NCBI GenBank assembly: GCA_030390025.1
Contig: CM059438.1
Location: 68,636,001 to 68,700,000 of the forward strand
Origin: Squalus acanthias
Lineage: Eukaryota
Reading direction: 5' to 3'
Length of the DNA: 64,000 nt
The notes beneath the pieces were generated by a model. That model had not been told where the DNA came from and made no database searches. It saw nothing but the letters and a program-made list of their open reading frames with translations. A program made the position numbers and the translations under genes. Shown in pieces: positions 38,400 through 50,420 of this stretch. Position 1 is the stretch's first letter. Every line of letters begins with the position of its first letter.

Positions 38400-40043
38400 C
38401 CCTTGTGAATCTACTTGCGTGTCATCTTTCTCTTCTGTGTGCTTCTACGAGGTGCTACCCCTGTGGCTTCAGCAGAGTAGAGGCAGCCTGCTCACTTCCC
38501 TGCTGCCAAGGAGCTGGAGAGCACCTTGCTGCACAGCAGTGGGGCCATGAGGACCGAAGTCTACGTTTACATCCCTCCTAGAGAAGAGGTCTATGAGCGT
38601 CTGCCATCTATTCTCCATAGAGACCATGTGCTCCTGTGAGTGGCGCATTAGCTGCTCCATGTAGGTGGCCATCCTAGCCATAGAGGAGCCTACAGTCACC
38701 ATCGCCTGCGACACGGTGGTGCTCATGTTGGAGATGGACGCCGCCATTCTCTGAACATTTGCAGACATCGCGCTCGCAAAACCTGTCAGAGCCTCCTGCA
38801 CCTCTTCCTGCACCTCCAGGATTGCCCTCTTTCTGGATGGCCCCTGAGGCTCAGCTGTCTGCATGCAGCTGAGCAGAGCTGGGAGCATCCTACGCCCTCC
38901 GACGAGGAGTCTCTACTGCTGTCCCTGTCTCCACCATCTCCTCTTGCTCACTTGTGAGTTGTGAGACACCAGGTGACAACACTACTCTAGGTCGCGTGGG
39001 ACCCACCCAGGTGTGCGTATCTGCACTGGTGCTGGGTGCGCTCATGTCTGGTGACGGTGCACCCTCAGATGCTGGAGGCTCCTCTTTGAAGTTGTCTTCC
39101 TCTTCCTCATTGACAGCGGGGATGGGGTGGGGGCTCTTGATGGACCTGTGGGAGAGTAAAGAGATGAGTTAGATATGTCATATGAAGAATGGGTACAGAT
39201 ACCATTATGCACATGATGACCATTCAATGGCTACTGACATCAGTCCCCATATGAATGACTGCTGTATGCCATGTAGCTGTATGAGATGTAATTCTGTCAC
39301 CAGGTTGCTGAAATGTCCCCCTCTCTCAGCTCCCACCTCCAGCTGCTCGGCAACTCCAGATGTTTCTAAAGCAGCCTCCGCTGCTGTTGTAAGGTTTGCA
39401 AATGATGGAGGCCCACTGCCGGTTCTCTCCCTTTCCCTCTTATTTTGGGCTCTCTTTTCCTGCAAGGAGGGAAAGAAGAGAAGGTTGAGTGAGAGTGATG
39501 GAACGAGTGTAAGGAATGGATGGGTTAGATCTTTAGAGGGAGACTATGATGGAATGGGGTGCCAATGCCAAGTAGCCTCCTGGTGTGTTGTTAGTTGGAA
39601 TGATTGCATTAGGATGAGGGTGAGTGTGAGGGGTGGTTAGTGAGATGGGGATATGATAATGTAGATAGAGAGAGAGGGATGGGTGGACGTGCAAGGTATG
39701 TTGGTGTGAGTAATGATGTGTAGGAGTAGGGTTGGGAAGGCAGAGTGATGAGGATGTGATGAGAGGCACAGCAGGATGAGGTTGAGTGTGGCTTTGCACT
39801 CACGTTTCCTGATCTAATGAGATCATTGAAACGTTTGCAGCACTGCACCCAGGTCCTCCTGACAACATCCCTGCTGTTGACCTCCTCTGCAATCTCCAAC
39901 CAGGCTGTTTTGTCCTCCTGGGGAGGTCTCTTCCACCCTTTGGAAGGGAAGAGGACCTCCCTGCGTGCTCTGACACCCTCCACAAGCAGATGGAGGGAGT
40001 CATCGGAGAACCTGAGTGCAGCCTTCTGCCTCTGTGCAGTCAT
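38400..40043 (-). pseudogene. Harbinger Myb/SANT-like gene, 3 exons (40043-39804, 39459-39301, 39145-about 38400)
   Basis: RFSDDSLHLLVEGV..AWLEIAEEVN..RTWVQCCKRFNDL; donor GTGAGT; acceptors CTTGCAG and CCCACAG; exon 2 EKRAQNKRERERTGSGPP; exon 3 broken. Confidence 0.85.
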
Positions 40044-40172
40044 TTCCAAAGTGTTTGCAGCACTTCAATGCTGTAGTGCACTGACTGCACTATTTTACAT
40101 TAACCTTCAAATGTAATGTGGCCATGGCCCCTTTAAATATCCCAGCTGAAACACGTCATGGATGCTGTCAGC

Positions 40173-41658
40173 TGTAAGATTCTCAAAATTCACAGATCCC
40201 CCTAAACGCGAAAAGAAACCCTAAGGAAAAAGACTTGAGACTCTTTTTCTAACTATTTCAGGGTGGTGAAATGCATTGGGCCTAACCAAAGGACATTTAG
40301 AGCAAAAACCAAGATTTGGTATTTTAAAAGACATGTCTAGACTTGTAGGGGAGAAAAGGCTGTAAAGGAAGGTGGGCTCAGCCTCTGTAAAAACAGTTTG
40401 GGTATTGGAGTTAATGGAAACTGTCTGGGGAACCATATGACCTCGCTGGGAGTTAAATTGGGCCCTATCAGACATTAACATCCTGACAATAAACCCGAGG
40501 AAAAGCAGTCTCCACCCAAATTTACAGAGCCCATCAAAAACATGCATAAAACAGATCATTTCGGCCTACTCTATAGAAATCCCAGGCCCAGTCAAGAAAC
40601 CCAAAACTTGGGGACAATCAACTACGATTAAGTGACAGATCGACAGGATGGAGCCATCCCGAAACCACTTCACACATTAACAAACAAGTTACCGTTAACG
40701 AGCCTGCCAAAATCTAACAATGACCGGGATCTGATTTGGTGCGCAGATAAGGAAGCTTCAATTAGTATAATTGAAGGCCCGTTCTCAACCTGAAAAAGAA
40801 GAGGAAGGAAGAAGGACAAGTTCATCCACGGAGGCATTCACCACAACACAGCTCTCCAGCACCACCGTTCAACGTTCCGTGTCCAGCCAGAATGTCGACA
40901 GCTCGAAGGCCAGACCATTCAACGAAGTAGGCCGACACGTGGAAGAAACCAGAACGACCGCCTCAGTGACCATCGGACACCTCACGGCAACAAGGCCCTC
41001 ACGAAAACAACCAACCGAACATCAAGTACCAATATTGGGCCACCGCAACCAAAGAAAATCAGCTCAGAGAAAAACCGAAGATCCGCAAAGTTTCCACTCT
41101 ACAATCTACTCCTGACTTACCCCTGGGTAAGATTTTCCCTAAAAAACTCTAAACCCTACTTCTAAACCAAAGAAAAGTGGGTACTCACCTGATAGATCCA
41201 ATACGCACCCTACCGCATCAGTAGACTCGCGAAGACTGACCAGCTACACAGTTGAAGTCCTCTACCGCGTACGGGGTACGGCAGACACCAACCAACATAT
41301 AGAGTGAACCCCAAAACCACGAACTAGCCCAACTGTCAAGGATTCTGGTGAGTATCATCCCTGGTCCTCTGGAGTCCAACCTAGCTAGTGAAGTGGGATT
41401 GGGAGGGGTGAAGTATTCTTCTAATGTTATTTCCCTCGTTTGTACCGAAGTGTTCCCCACTTTTAGAGTGTTGAGAGTGTTTGTCTTGTGTTTTACTCTC
41501 TTGAATAAAGATCAAAGTTCTTGCATCAAAACCAGTTGTCTGCTGCACTTTTTGTCACAACCCCCAAATAAGTTCAAGGTCTAGAACCAAGGGAGTGGAA
41601 GCGATTCAAACCGCTCAGAAGTCAGAGGTGAAGCTGACACAAACCACCACCCCCTACA
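40173..41658 (+). mobile_element. Solo LTR, 1486 bp (ERV or Gypsy class)
   Basis: TGTA...TACA ends; 4-bp TSD CAGC at 40169-40172 and 41659-41662; TATAAT at 40766; AATAAA at 41504. Confidence 0.85.
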
Positions 41659-41966
41659 CAGCAGACCCGCACCATTTCATTGGGCCAGGTAACGCGCAGG
41701 GCGGGCTTAATAGGCCCTATTGATGTAAAGTCGTTTTGTGGAGCGGGATGGAGTCAGCAACGGGCTCGCAACCCGCCATAGCCACCACCCGCACCCAACC
41801 CGCCTAGGTAGAGAAAATTCCGGCCTTAGTAGTTATTACTTGGTAACACTATAGTTGCACATCATAAGTAATTTTACTGACTGAATCTTTCTGACATGTT
41901 GCTGTAGGAAAAAAGCAGCAAGTTCATGTAGCGTAGACATTGTAAAATGAAGTTGAAATTGACACA

Positions 41967-42487
41967 TTCTGGGCATTGAATCAAAGAGTTGTTAATCTAA
42001 GGAATGCTGCATATTCTCCACTTTAGGCTATGAACCTGAGCTGAGACGTTACTGTATACTTTGCAAAAAGAAATTATGATCCCAAGGCTGAGATGTTCTT
42101 GCAGCTGAGCTGAAAGCAACTCTTTGTAAACATGCAATTAAGAAATACATTCAGTTAGCACATAGACAGGTTAAGCACTTAGCGTGAGGCTACTGGCTTC
42201 TCCTGGCCTGCCAACTTCATTCACCGTCTCTTATGGGATAATCCAGGGGAGATTGATGCAAAGGTTTTCCACCGTCAGTGGGAAGTGAAGAAGGGAAGAC
42301 GAGATGAAACTATCTCACACAGGAAGCCATATTTTTTGGAAGCAGAGCCTGATCTTATCATGAGGCAAGTCTTGAGAAAGAGAAAGAGCGTTTTGGCTTC
42401 AAAAACATTCCCCCGACTGCGCAGAGATGCTAGGCATGAGTTTAAACATCTCTAGTTTCATGATATTCTGTGTATTATTTATCTGTT
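41967..42487 (+). repeat. Donor segment of a local inverted, permuted duplication
   Basis: Reverse complement found in two swapped blocks at 44137-44652. Confidence 0.95.
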
Positions 42488-42697
42488 AAGCCTGCTGTTA
42501 CTCCTTCGTGGAGAAGAACAGCTCTGGTCACTGTATGACATCATCATATATACATTTCTCTTTGAAAGCGTTTCAAATATGTTTGCCCAAATTGACCCGT
42601 CTCTTTTGTTTGTGTTTGTTGCTTTTGGAATGGGGAGGGGTGGGGGGGTTGCGCGTGGGGGAAGGAGTGGGATTATCTTCCAGGGCCATTCTGATTT

Positions 42698-43564
42698 GAA
42701 CATAAGAACATAAGAATTAGGAGCAGGAGTAGGCCATACAGCCCCACAAGCCTGTTCTGCTATTCAATAAGATCATGGCTGATCTTCGACCTCAACTCCA
42801 CTTTCCCGCCCGATCCCCATATCTCTTGATTTCCCTAGAGTCCAAAAATCTATCTATCTCAGCCTTGAATATACTCAACGACTCAGCATCCACAGCCCTT
42901 TGGGACAGAGAATTCCAAAGATTCACAACCCTCTGAGTGAAGAAATTCCTCCTCATCTCAGTCTTTAATGGCCGACCCCTTATCCTGAGACTGTGCCCCC
43001 TAGTTCTAGACTCTCCAGCTAGGGGAAACAACCTCTCAGCATCGAGCCTGTCAATCCCCCTCAGAATCTTATATGTCTCATTCTTCTAAACTCCAGAGAG
43101 TATAGGCCCAAATTACTCAATCTCTCCTCATAGTACAACCCTCTCATCCCAGGGATCAATCTAGTGAACCTTCATTGCACTGCCTCTAAGGCATGTATGT
43201 CCTTTCTCAGATAAGGAGACGAAACTGTGCACAGTACTCCAGGTGTGGTCTCACAAAAGCCCTGTACAATTGTAGTAAGACTTCCTTACTTTTGTACTCC
43301 AACACCCCTGCAATAAAGGCTAACATGCCATTTGCCTTCCTAATTGCTTACTGCAACTGCATGCTAACTTTCAGTGTTTCCTGTACAAGGACACCTAAAT
43401 CTCTCTGAATACCAACATTTAATAGTGTCTCACCATTTAAAAAATATTCTGTTTTTCTATTGTTCCTAACAAAGTGAATAATTTCACATTTCCTCACATT
43501 ATACTCCATCTGCCACCTTATTGCCCACTCACTTAACCTGTCTATATCCCTTTGCAGACTCTTT
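42698..43564 (-). mobile_element. CR1 3' fragment
   Basis: GAACATAAGAACATAAGAA tail; SLQRDIDRLSEWA and MRRNFFTQRVVNLWNSL on the minus strand. Confidence 0.93.
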
Positions 43565-44905
43565 GGGGGGAATTTTCCCAGCCCTGAGGAGGTGGGTTTG
43601 GAAGTGGGACTGCCGGGAAAACGGCAGAAACTGGGAGTGGGTACCGACCCTGCTCCTAACCCGCTTCCGTGCCATCTTCCCGGGAGGCGGGTCCCCGAGT
43701 CGCGCAGGGACACGTCTCCTCGAGGCGGGAAGGGGATTACAGCCATTTAACTGCCTGTTAACAGATAGTTAACAGGCAGTTAAGAGGATTATCCCCATTT
43801 TACCCCGCAAGTGCGGGCTTCCCGACGGCTGTGAACATCGCCAGGGTCAGCGAGGCGAGCAGTGGGTCTGCAGGGGTGAGAGGGATCGAAAGGTGCGCTG
43901 TGGAGGTGAGTGATGGGTGCAAGTGTGGAGAGGTAAGTCTGAGAGGTGAGTGTAAAGTGTTAGAAAAAGTTTACTTACCTATGTTTCTTCCTGCAGGCTT
44001 CAACCCTTGGGGATCCGGAGGTGCCTCATCTCAATGGCAGAGATGACAGAATGGCTGCTGCATTCTCAGATGCAGCAGCCATCTGATTTCTGCTGAGGAA
44101 AGAGGTTTGGTGAGTCTTCAATACAAGGGCTCACCATTTTGAAGCCAAAAACGCTCTTTCTCTTTCTCAAGACTTGCCTCATGATAAGATCAGGCTCTGC
44201 TTCCTAAAAATATGGCTTCCTGTGTGAGATAGTTTCATATCGTCTTCCCTTCCTCACTTCCCACTGACGGTGGAAAACCTTTGCGTCTCCCCTGGACTAT
44301 CCCATAAGGGACGGTGAATGAAGTTGGCAGGCCAAGAGAAGCCAGTAGCCTCACGTTAAGTGCTTAACCTGTCTATGTGCTAACTGAATGTATTTCTTAA
44401 TTGCATGTTTACAAAGAGTTGCTTTCAGCTCAGCTGCAAGAACATCTCAGCCTTGGAATCATAATTTCTTTTTGCAAAGTATACAGTAACGTCTCAGCTC
44501 AGGTTCATAGCCTAAAGTGGAGAATATGCAGCATTCCTTAGATTAACAACCCTTTGATTCAATGCCCAGAACAGATAAATAATACACAGAATATCATGAA
44601 ACTAGAGACATTTAAACTCATGCTTAGCATCTCTGCGCAGTCGGGAGATTGTCAGTGTTTGACAACTTCTCAAAGCTGTCAAACGCTGACAATTCGTCTG
44701 TCAAAAATCTTTGACAGATGCAACATCATACACTGACGTCCTGTCACCGGCTTTCCCTTAATTGGCCGGCTAAGCCCGCAGGGCAGGCTTAACAAGGTCA
44801 ATCAAAGGAAAATAGCGTGGGTTGGCTGGACGTCGTTGGGGGCAGGACTAAAACCCGAAAACCAGCTGTCCCGCCCCCAACTGCACCTAGCGTGAAAATC
44901 TCACC
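43565..44905. mobile_element. PIF/Harbinger MITE (same family as 31645-32481) carrying a 0.5-kb insert of neighbouring DNA
   Basis: Left TIR GGGGGGAATTTT, right AAAATCTCACC; collinear with the 31.6-kb copy except for 44137-44652. Confidence 0.88.
44137..44652 (-). repeat. Inverted, circularly permuted copy of 41967-42487
   Basis: 44137-44571 = revcomp of 41967-42404; 44570-44652 = revcomp of about 42405-42487. Confidence 0.95.
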
Positions 44906-46440
44906 TTCACTCCCAACACATGAGTCTTCATGTGACAACCTGGACAAAACATCTGCGATTGCGTTTTGCTTTGAAGTGCGATATTCAATCGTGTAGTCAT
45001 ATTGTGACAACAACACTGCCCAACGTTGCATTCTTGATGCGGCCATTACAGGGATGGCAGATTTGGGCCCCAATATTGCTAGGAGCAATTTGTGATTGGT
45101 TATCAGGGTAAACTTTTTGCCGATCAGGAACTGTTGGAATTTCTTGATTCCAAACACTATGGCGATTGCTTCCTTTTCAATTTGTGCGTAATTTCTTTTG
45201 TTCTTTGTGAGGGTTCATGATGCAAACACGATTGGTTTCTCTCGGTCATCGTCCATTATGTGGCTTATGACAGCTCCCACACCATAGCCGGAAGCATCAC
45301 ACGCTAACTTAAGCTCACGCTCTGTGTCGTAGTGCACAAGTAGAGCATCGCTAGAGAGACTTCTCTTACAAGTATCGTAAGCTTCCTGTTGCGCTTTCAT
45401 CCACTTCCACTGACATCCTTCTTGAGGAGCTCGTGCAATGGAGCTAACTCAGGTAAGAAACGTGCGTAGTACTGGACCATTCCGAGGAATGATCTTAACT
45501 CAGACACATTCTGTGGCTTTGGAGCATTGATGACAGTATCAACCTTTTCCTTCACTGGTTGCAAGCCATTTGCATCAACTTTCAGACCAAGGTACACAAT
45601 CTTGGGCTGCACAAATGCACTTTTGCTCCTTTTCAATTTGATGTTGTGGGCATTCAACCTTTGAAGCACTATATCTAACACTTCTAGATTTTCTTCCTCA
45701 CTGCTTGTTGCGATCAGCACATCGTCTTGATTGTATAAGCAATTTGGAACTCCTCGCAAAATCTTATCCATCGTAGCCTGGAACATTTTGGGGGAGGACT
45801 TTACACCATACTGCAGCTTGGTGTTTGAGTACAGTCCTTGTGTGTGTTGATGGTGCGATACTGTTGACTCTCTTTGTCAACTTACAGCTGAGCGTAAGCA
45901 TGCAACAGGTCAAGCTTGGAGTAACCTTTGACCCAGAGAGTGCTGCATACAAATCTTGTGATGTAGGTAACGGGTACTGCTCATCGTCAACTGCTTGGTT
46001 GATAGTAACTTTGTAGTCTCCACACAAGCGCACAGTTTTGTCTGCTTTGGGCACTACCACAATCGGGGTAGCCCATTCACTTTTGTCAGTTTTTACTAGC
46101 ACTCCGTTCTCTCTGAGCTTCGCTAGCTCTTCATCTACCTGACTTTTCAATGCATAGTAGCATTGTGTTGAGTCGCTTCTTTGAAGCATCTATGTTGAAG
46201 ACGTTTTAACTTTCTCAGCCAGTCTTTGCCTATGAGGGTTGGCCTGTATTGTAGCTCACGACAATAATAGGCAGCATTACTGACTGGCCATTATGTTGAA
46301 CTGTACATTCTATTTGTCCACATGTCTCTAGGATTTCTCTGGAGTAGGTTTTTAATTCTACGGTACTCGTTGTGAGTGGTATTTGATATATATGCCTTAC
46401 TCATGATAGAGCAGTCCGTCGCATGTCGATATATATATCA
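44906..46440 (-). pseudogene. pol: Gypsy pol remnant (protease trace, RT, RNase H)
   Basis: WATPIVVVPK, RLCGDYK, YPLP, QDDVLI, ELRSFLGMVQYY, LACDASGYGVGAV, RMQRWA, ADVLSRL. Confidence 0.9.
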
Positions 46441-46499
46441 ATATATTGCTCGTTGATCAAAAGTTTTGTACAGAAATCTTTCTCGCGACAGCTAGCATT

Positions 46500-47420
46500 G
46501 CTGCTTGTGGCATAGATACTGTAGATTCCTCGTCTTCAACATCAGGTGTGTTCACTTCAATATTGTGAACTCCTCCCTTTTGTTTTCGCTGCTTTGCATT
46601 GCCACTAGAATGGTTCTTACTTCCTGCTTTAGATCGAGCTCTGCAAGCTGTTGAAATATGGCTTAACTTCTGGCAGTGAAAACACTTCGCATTTCTGTAT
46701 TGGCAGGACAGTGGTGAGTGATTTCTATTGCAGCGATAACAATTCACTGAGCTGCTCTCATCGACATGCTTTTGACTCGGTCTCACAACAGTAAGTTCGG
46801 CGGTGGCTTTGTGACTGTAGACCTCAGCTGCACTAGTCACTTGAGTTGGACGGAGCTCCCTCGCAATCTTAGATGCCATCTCCATAGATAGGGCAATTTT
46901 GCATGCTATGTTAAACGTTAGGTTCGGAGTGTTCAGTAACTTGGACTGTGCCGCTCATCCACCAGTCCACACACAAAGTTATCTCGCAACGCACGATCGA
47001 AAAATGTGCCGAAGTTGCAATGCAAAGACAGGTTCTTAAGAGCTACACTGTACTCACTGATGGGTTTTGGTTTCTGATACCAAACTTGTAGCTCTCTGCT
47101 ATTTCTAACGGCTTTGGGTCGAAATGGTCCTCAAGTTTCTCGACAATGCCTTCAAATGACACATCCTTCACTTTCCCTGGTGCGAGTAGGTTTGTCAATG
47201 TTCCATAGACATCTGGCCCTGATCTCTGTTAGAAAAATTGCTTTCTTCTGTTCACGAAATGACTTTATTTTGAGCTTGAACATTCTCATCTGCACCTTCG
47301 ATCTCTGAATAATGTTATTGGCCTTAAAAAAACATCTCCATCCGCTCAATGTAAGAACTGAATGGTTCGCGAGCTCGGTCATACAGGCCGAGGCTTCCGA
47401 TGAATCCCGCAGGCGCGGCC
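46500..47420 (-). pseudogene. gag: Gypsy gag remnant
   Basis: CYRCNRNHSPLSC and CFHCQKLSHISTAC knuckles; FFKANNI and KAIFLTEI upstream. Confidence 0.8.
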
Positions 47421-47657
47421 ATGATTGTCCTGATCCCATTGAACAGTGACTCAGCTCGCTACCTGTGTACCTGTGAGAATCAACACCGCTGTTGCTGTGT
47501 ATACATACACACGAAGGCGAAGCACAGACAATTCTGCATCAGCATTAACGGTAAAACATCGCAAAAATTCAGTTTAGGTGTCACAAATTCACCTTAAACT
47601 TGTCCACCTGAAGGTTGAACACTGTGTTCTTCCATGATCCCTGAAAATGGCTTTGGC

Positions 47658-47675
47658 ATCCCATCCTTGTCGACA
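47658..47675 (-). other. Primer-binding site, tRNA-Ser(GCU)-like
   Basis: Plus strand ATCCCATCCTTGTCGACA matches the vertebrate tRNA-Ser(GCU) 3' end ATCCCATCCTCGTCGCCA (recalled) at 16 of 18 positions; 4 nt from the LTR. Confidence 0.75.
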
Positions 47676-47679
47676 AAAA

Positions 47680-47790
47680 TGTAATATACGTGGGTAGAAC
47701 AAGTGGAGGACAGATTTGTTATATTGGGCCAGAGCGAACTGAGCATGCTCACACCAAACCATGTGACAAACCATGTGATAATACATTACA
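47680..47790 (-). repeat. Gypsy 5' LTR, 111 bp
   Basis: TGTAAT...ATTACA inverted ends directly upstream of the PBS. Confidence 0.8.
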
Positions 47791-48056
47791 CCCTGGTCAG
47801 GGATTGGCCCACCCCCGCGATCAGAACCCCCCCCCTCCCCCGGGGGCGTCGGACCCCCCCATTGGGGTGGGGGCTTACACCTACCTGGGGTTGCGGCCTC
47901 TTGCCCGAGTTCCCCGCCTGACTGGAAGCCAGCCTGTCAATCAGGCTGACTTCTGGACGGGGAACCTATCGTAACGTCACACGCACGCTGTGGAGTTAAA
48001 ACTCTGCCAGACCCCCCTCCCCGCACCGGGCGAGTCAAAAACTTAAAATTCTGGCC
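47791..48056. mobile_element. Orphan right half of a Harbinger MITE
   Basis: AGCCTGTCAATCAGGCTGAC..GGAACC shared with 1403-1440; ends AAAATTCTGGCC. Confidence 0.7.
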
Positions 48057-49629
48057 AACATGACTACAACTGCCGTTTTGAGAGCATGAGAATGCCTCCA
48101 AAAAAAAAGCTGCAACATCAGTGTCTCCAAACTTAATGTTTTCTTCTTTTCTTTTGCCTTTATGTCCCCTACATTCTATCTTGTATCTTCCTGTTGACCA
48201 TGTTTTACGTCGTCAACGTGCTGATATTGAAGCGCGGGCGAAAACGCACACGCACATGCTCATTAGGTTACCCATGCTCGATAGTTGCAAGCTAGTAGAT
48301 CTCGAACAGAACTTATTATACAGTACAGCAATCATTGCTTCTGGTGGCCTTCAGTCTTTTTTAGATGCTTGCTGTATATTTATCGTTGACTTACTTTGCA
48401 TGTCCTTAACTGTAGCTTATTCTGCAGTCCATTTCCCATAAGTGTCTGCAACCAGCGTAATACATTCATTTCTGAATAGCAAAGGTCGCTAAGTGTCCTT
48501 TTGGGCTGTGTGCGCATTTAACTCATAAAACAATTTTTGTTCTACATTTAGCAACTACAAGCTGTTTGTATTTATGATCTCTCACATCGATTATTTTAAT
48601 CTGCACTCAAATTGTTTTGTTCCCAGTACTCTATTTTTTCTCCATTAACAGAAAATATATTGCAGGCAATATTCCAACTTGCAAATGTTAAGCCATTTAG
48701 ACAGGTCATTTGCAGACGAGATTCTATCATGAAAACTGACCGAGCAAAAGAAAAACATAAATACCCTTTTTCTCAAGAAATGGTCCATTCACTTTTTGCC
48801 ATTTCGCATTTGCTACTCTGATTAATAAGTGGGTTTCACACATCCCTAATGTGTGAATGAGTTCAGTTTAGAGTGGTGCCCGATGCTAAACCAAATGTGT
48901 AAGAACGTTCATTTACCATTGTAAAAAAACAAGAGCCGATGACAGAAGCAGCCTAATAAATAGCAAGAGAAGCTGTAAATATGTCACAATTTACTTGCTT
49001 ACAGAGGATTTTTTTTTATCCCTCTGCTTGATCTGTGGGGCTTTCTTCAGACGTCCGTGCAGCAACAATGGTGCGGCTGAAGCATTTAATGCTTAGACAG
49101 TCTCACTCTTTCATTTTAACTTTCTAATAAATACTTTGTTAAGTTATTGGCACTTTTGTGGATTGCTTTTGAATTTCTTTATGCTTCAGCGTTGAGTTAT
49201 TGAGTCTCATGCAGCATTAAGCCAATTTCTAGGCGTCTGCTTGTATTTTGTCTCTGTCTGTCTACATGGCCTGGCAGGTGAGAGCTGTTTGGTTGATGGG
49301 TCCTGGAAATGCCTGACTCAAAATATAAAGGTCACATTGACTGATCTTCCCTCCTTCACTCGTTTCTGTGCATTTAAAACTGGAATGTCGAAGTCAGGCT
49401 AAATATTGAGACTGTTATTGCTAATATCCTTTGAAGTGAAACATCTGGACCTTTAAAAGAAATGACCAGTAAGATTGCTCAAAGGGTAAACTTGTCAATA
49501 TTTATTTGGTGTAATTTGAAGGTAAAATTTCACACGTTAAGTACAGGTGGAGAAGTCCAAGCTGTGTGGGTGGAGGTAGCGCAGCAAGTAAATGCAGTCT
49601 GCCAGGATCGTTGTATCTGGAAGTAAGTG

Positions 49630-50420
49630 AGGACAACAATAATAACAACAACTTGCATTTATATAGTGCCTTTAATGTCGTGAAGCATCCCAAGGTGCTT
49701 CACGGGAGCATTATCAAACAAAATTTGACAGTAAAGAGACATTAGGATAGGTGATCAAAAGCTTGGTCAAAGAGGTAGGTTTTAAGCGTCTTAAAGGAGG
49801 AGAGAGAGGTGGAGAGGCAGAGAGGTTTAGGGAGGGAATTCCAGAAATTAGGGACTAGGAAGCTGAAGGCACAGCCACCAATGGTGGAGCGATTATTATC
49901 AGGGATGCACAAGAGGCCAGGATTGGATGAGTGCAGAGATTTCGGAGGGGTGTAGGGCTGGAGGAGATGACAGAGATAGGGAGGTGCAAGGCCACAGACG
50001 GATTTGAAAACAAGGATGAGAATTTTAAAATCGAGGCATTGCCAGACCGAGAGCCAATGTCGGTCAGCGAGCACGGGGTTGATGGGTGAACGGGACTTGG
50101 TGCTAGTTAGGACACGAGCAGCCGAGTTTTGGATGAGCTCAAGTTTACGGAAGGTGCAAAGTGGGAGGCCAGCCAGGAGAGCATTGGAATAGTCGAGTCT
50201 GGAGATAACAAAGGTATGGATGAGGGTTTCAGCAGCAGATGAGCTGAGGCAGGGACAGAGACGGACAATATTATGGAGGTGGAAGTAAGTGATTTTGGTG
50301 ATGGAGAGGATATGGGGTCGGAAGCTCAGCTCAGGGTCAAAAAGGATGCCAAGGTTGCGAATGATCTGGTTCAGCCTCAGACAGTAGCCAGGTAGAGGGA
50401 TGGACTCGGTGGCTTTGGAA
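49630..50420 (-). mobile_element. L2-clade LINE 3' fragment with tail
   Basis: RNLGILFD, SRLDYSNALL, LIQNSAAR, WNSLP, LKTYLF; CTATATAAATGCAAGTTGTTGTT tail. Confidence 0.92.

Larger units (their letters stand above)
37348..41825. mobile_element. PIF/Harbinger transposon with deleted transposase and retained Myb/SANT-like gene; solo LTR inserted
   Basis: TIR GGCAGGAATTTTCT / AGAAAATTCCGGCC; flanks TCA/TTA; probable transposase start remnant ATGGGTGCC at 37897. Confidence 0.87.
44906..47790 (-). mobile_element. Decayed Gypsy (Ty3/Metaviridae) LTR retrotransposon lacking integrase and 3' LTR
   Basis: LTR, PBS, gag zinc knuckles, RT and RNase H in Gypsy order on the minus strand. Confidence 0.92.
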
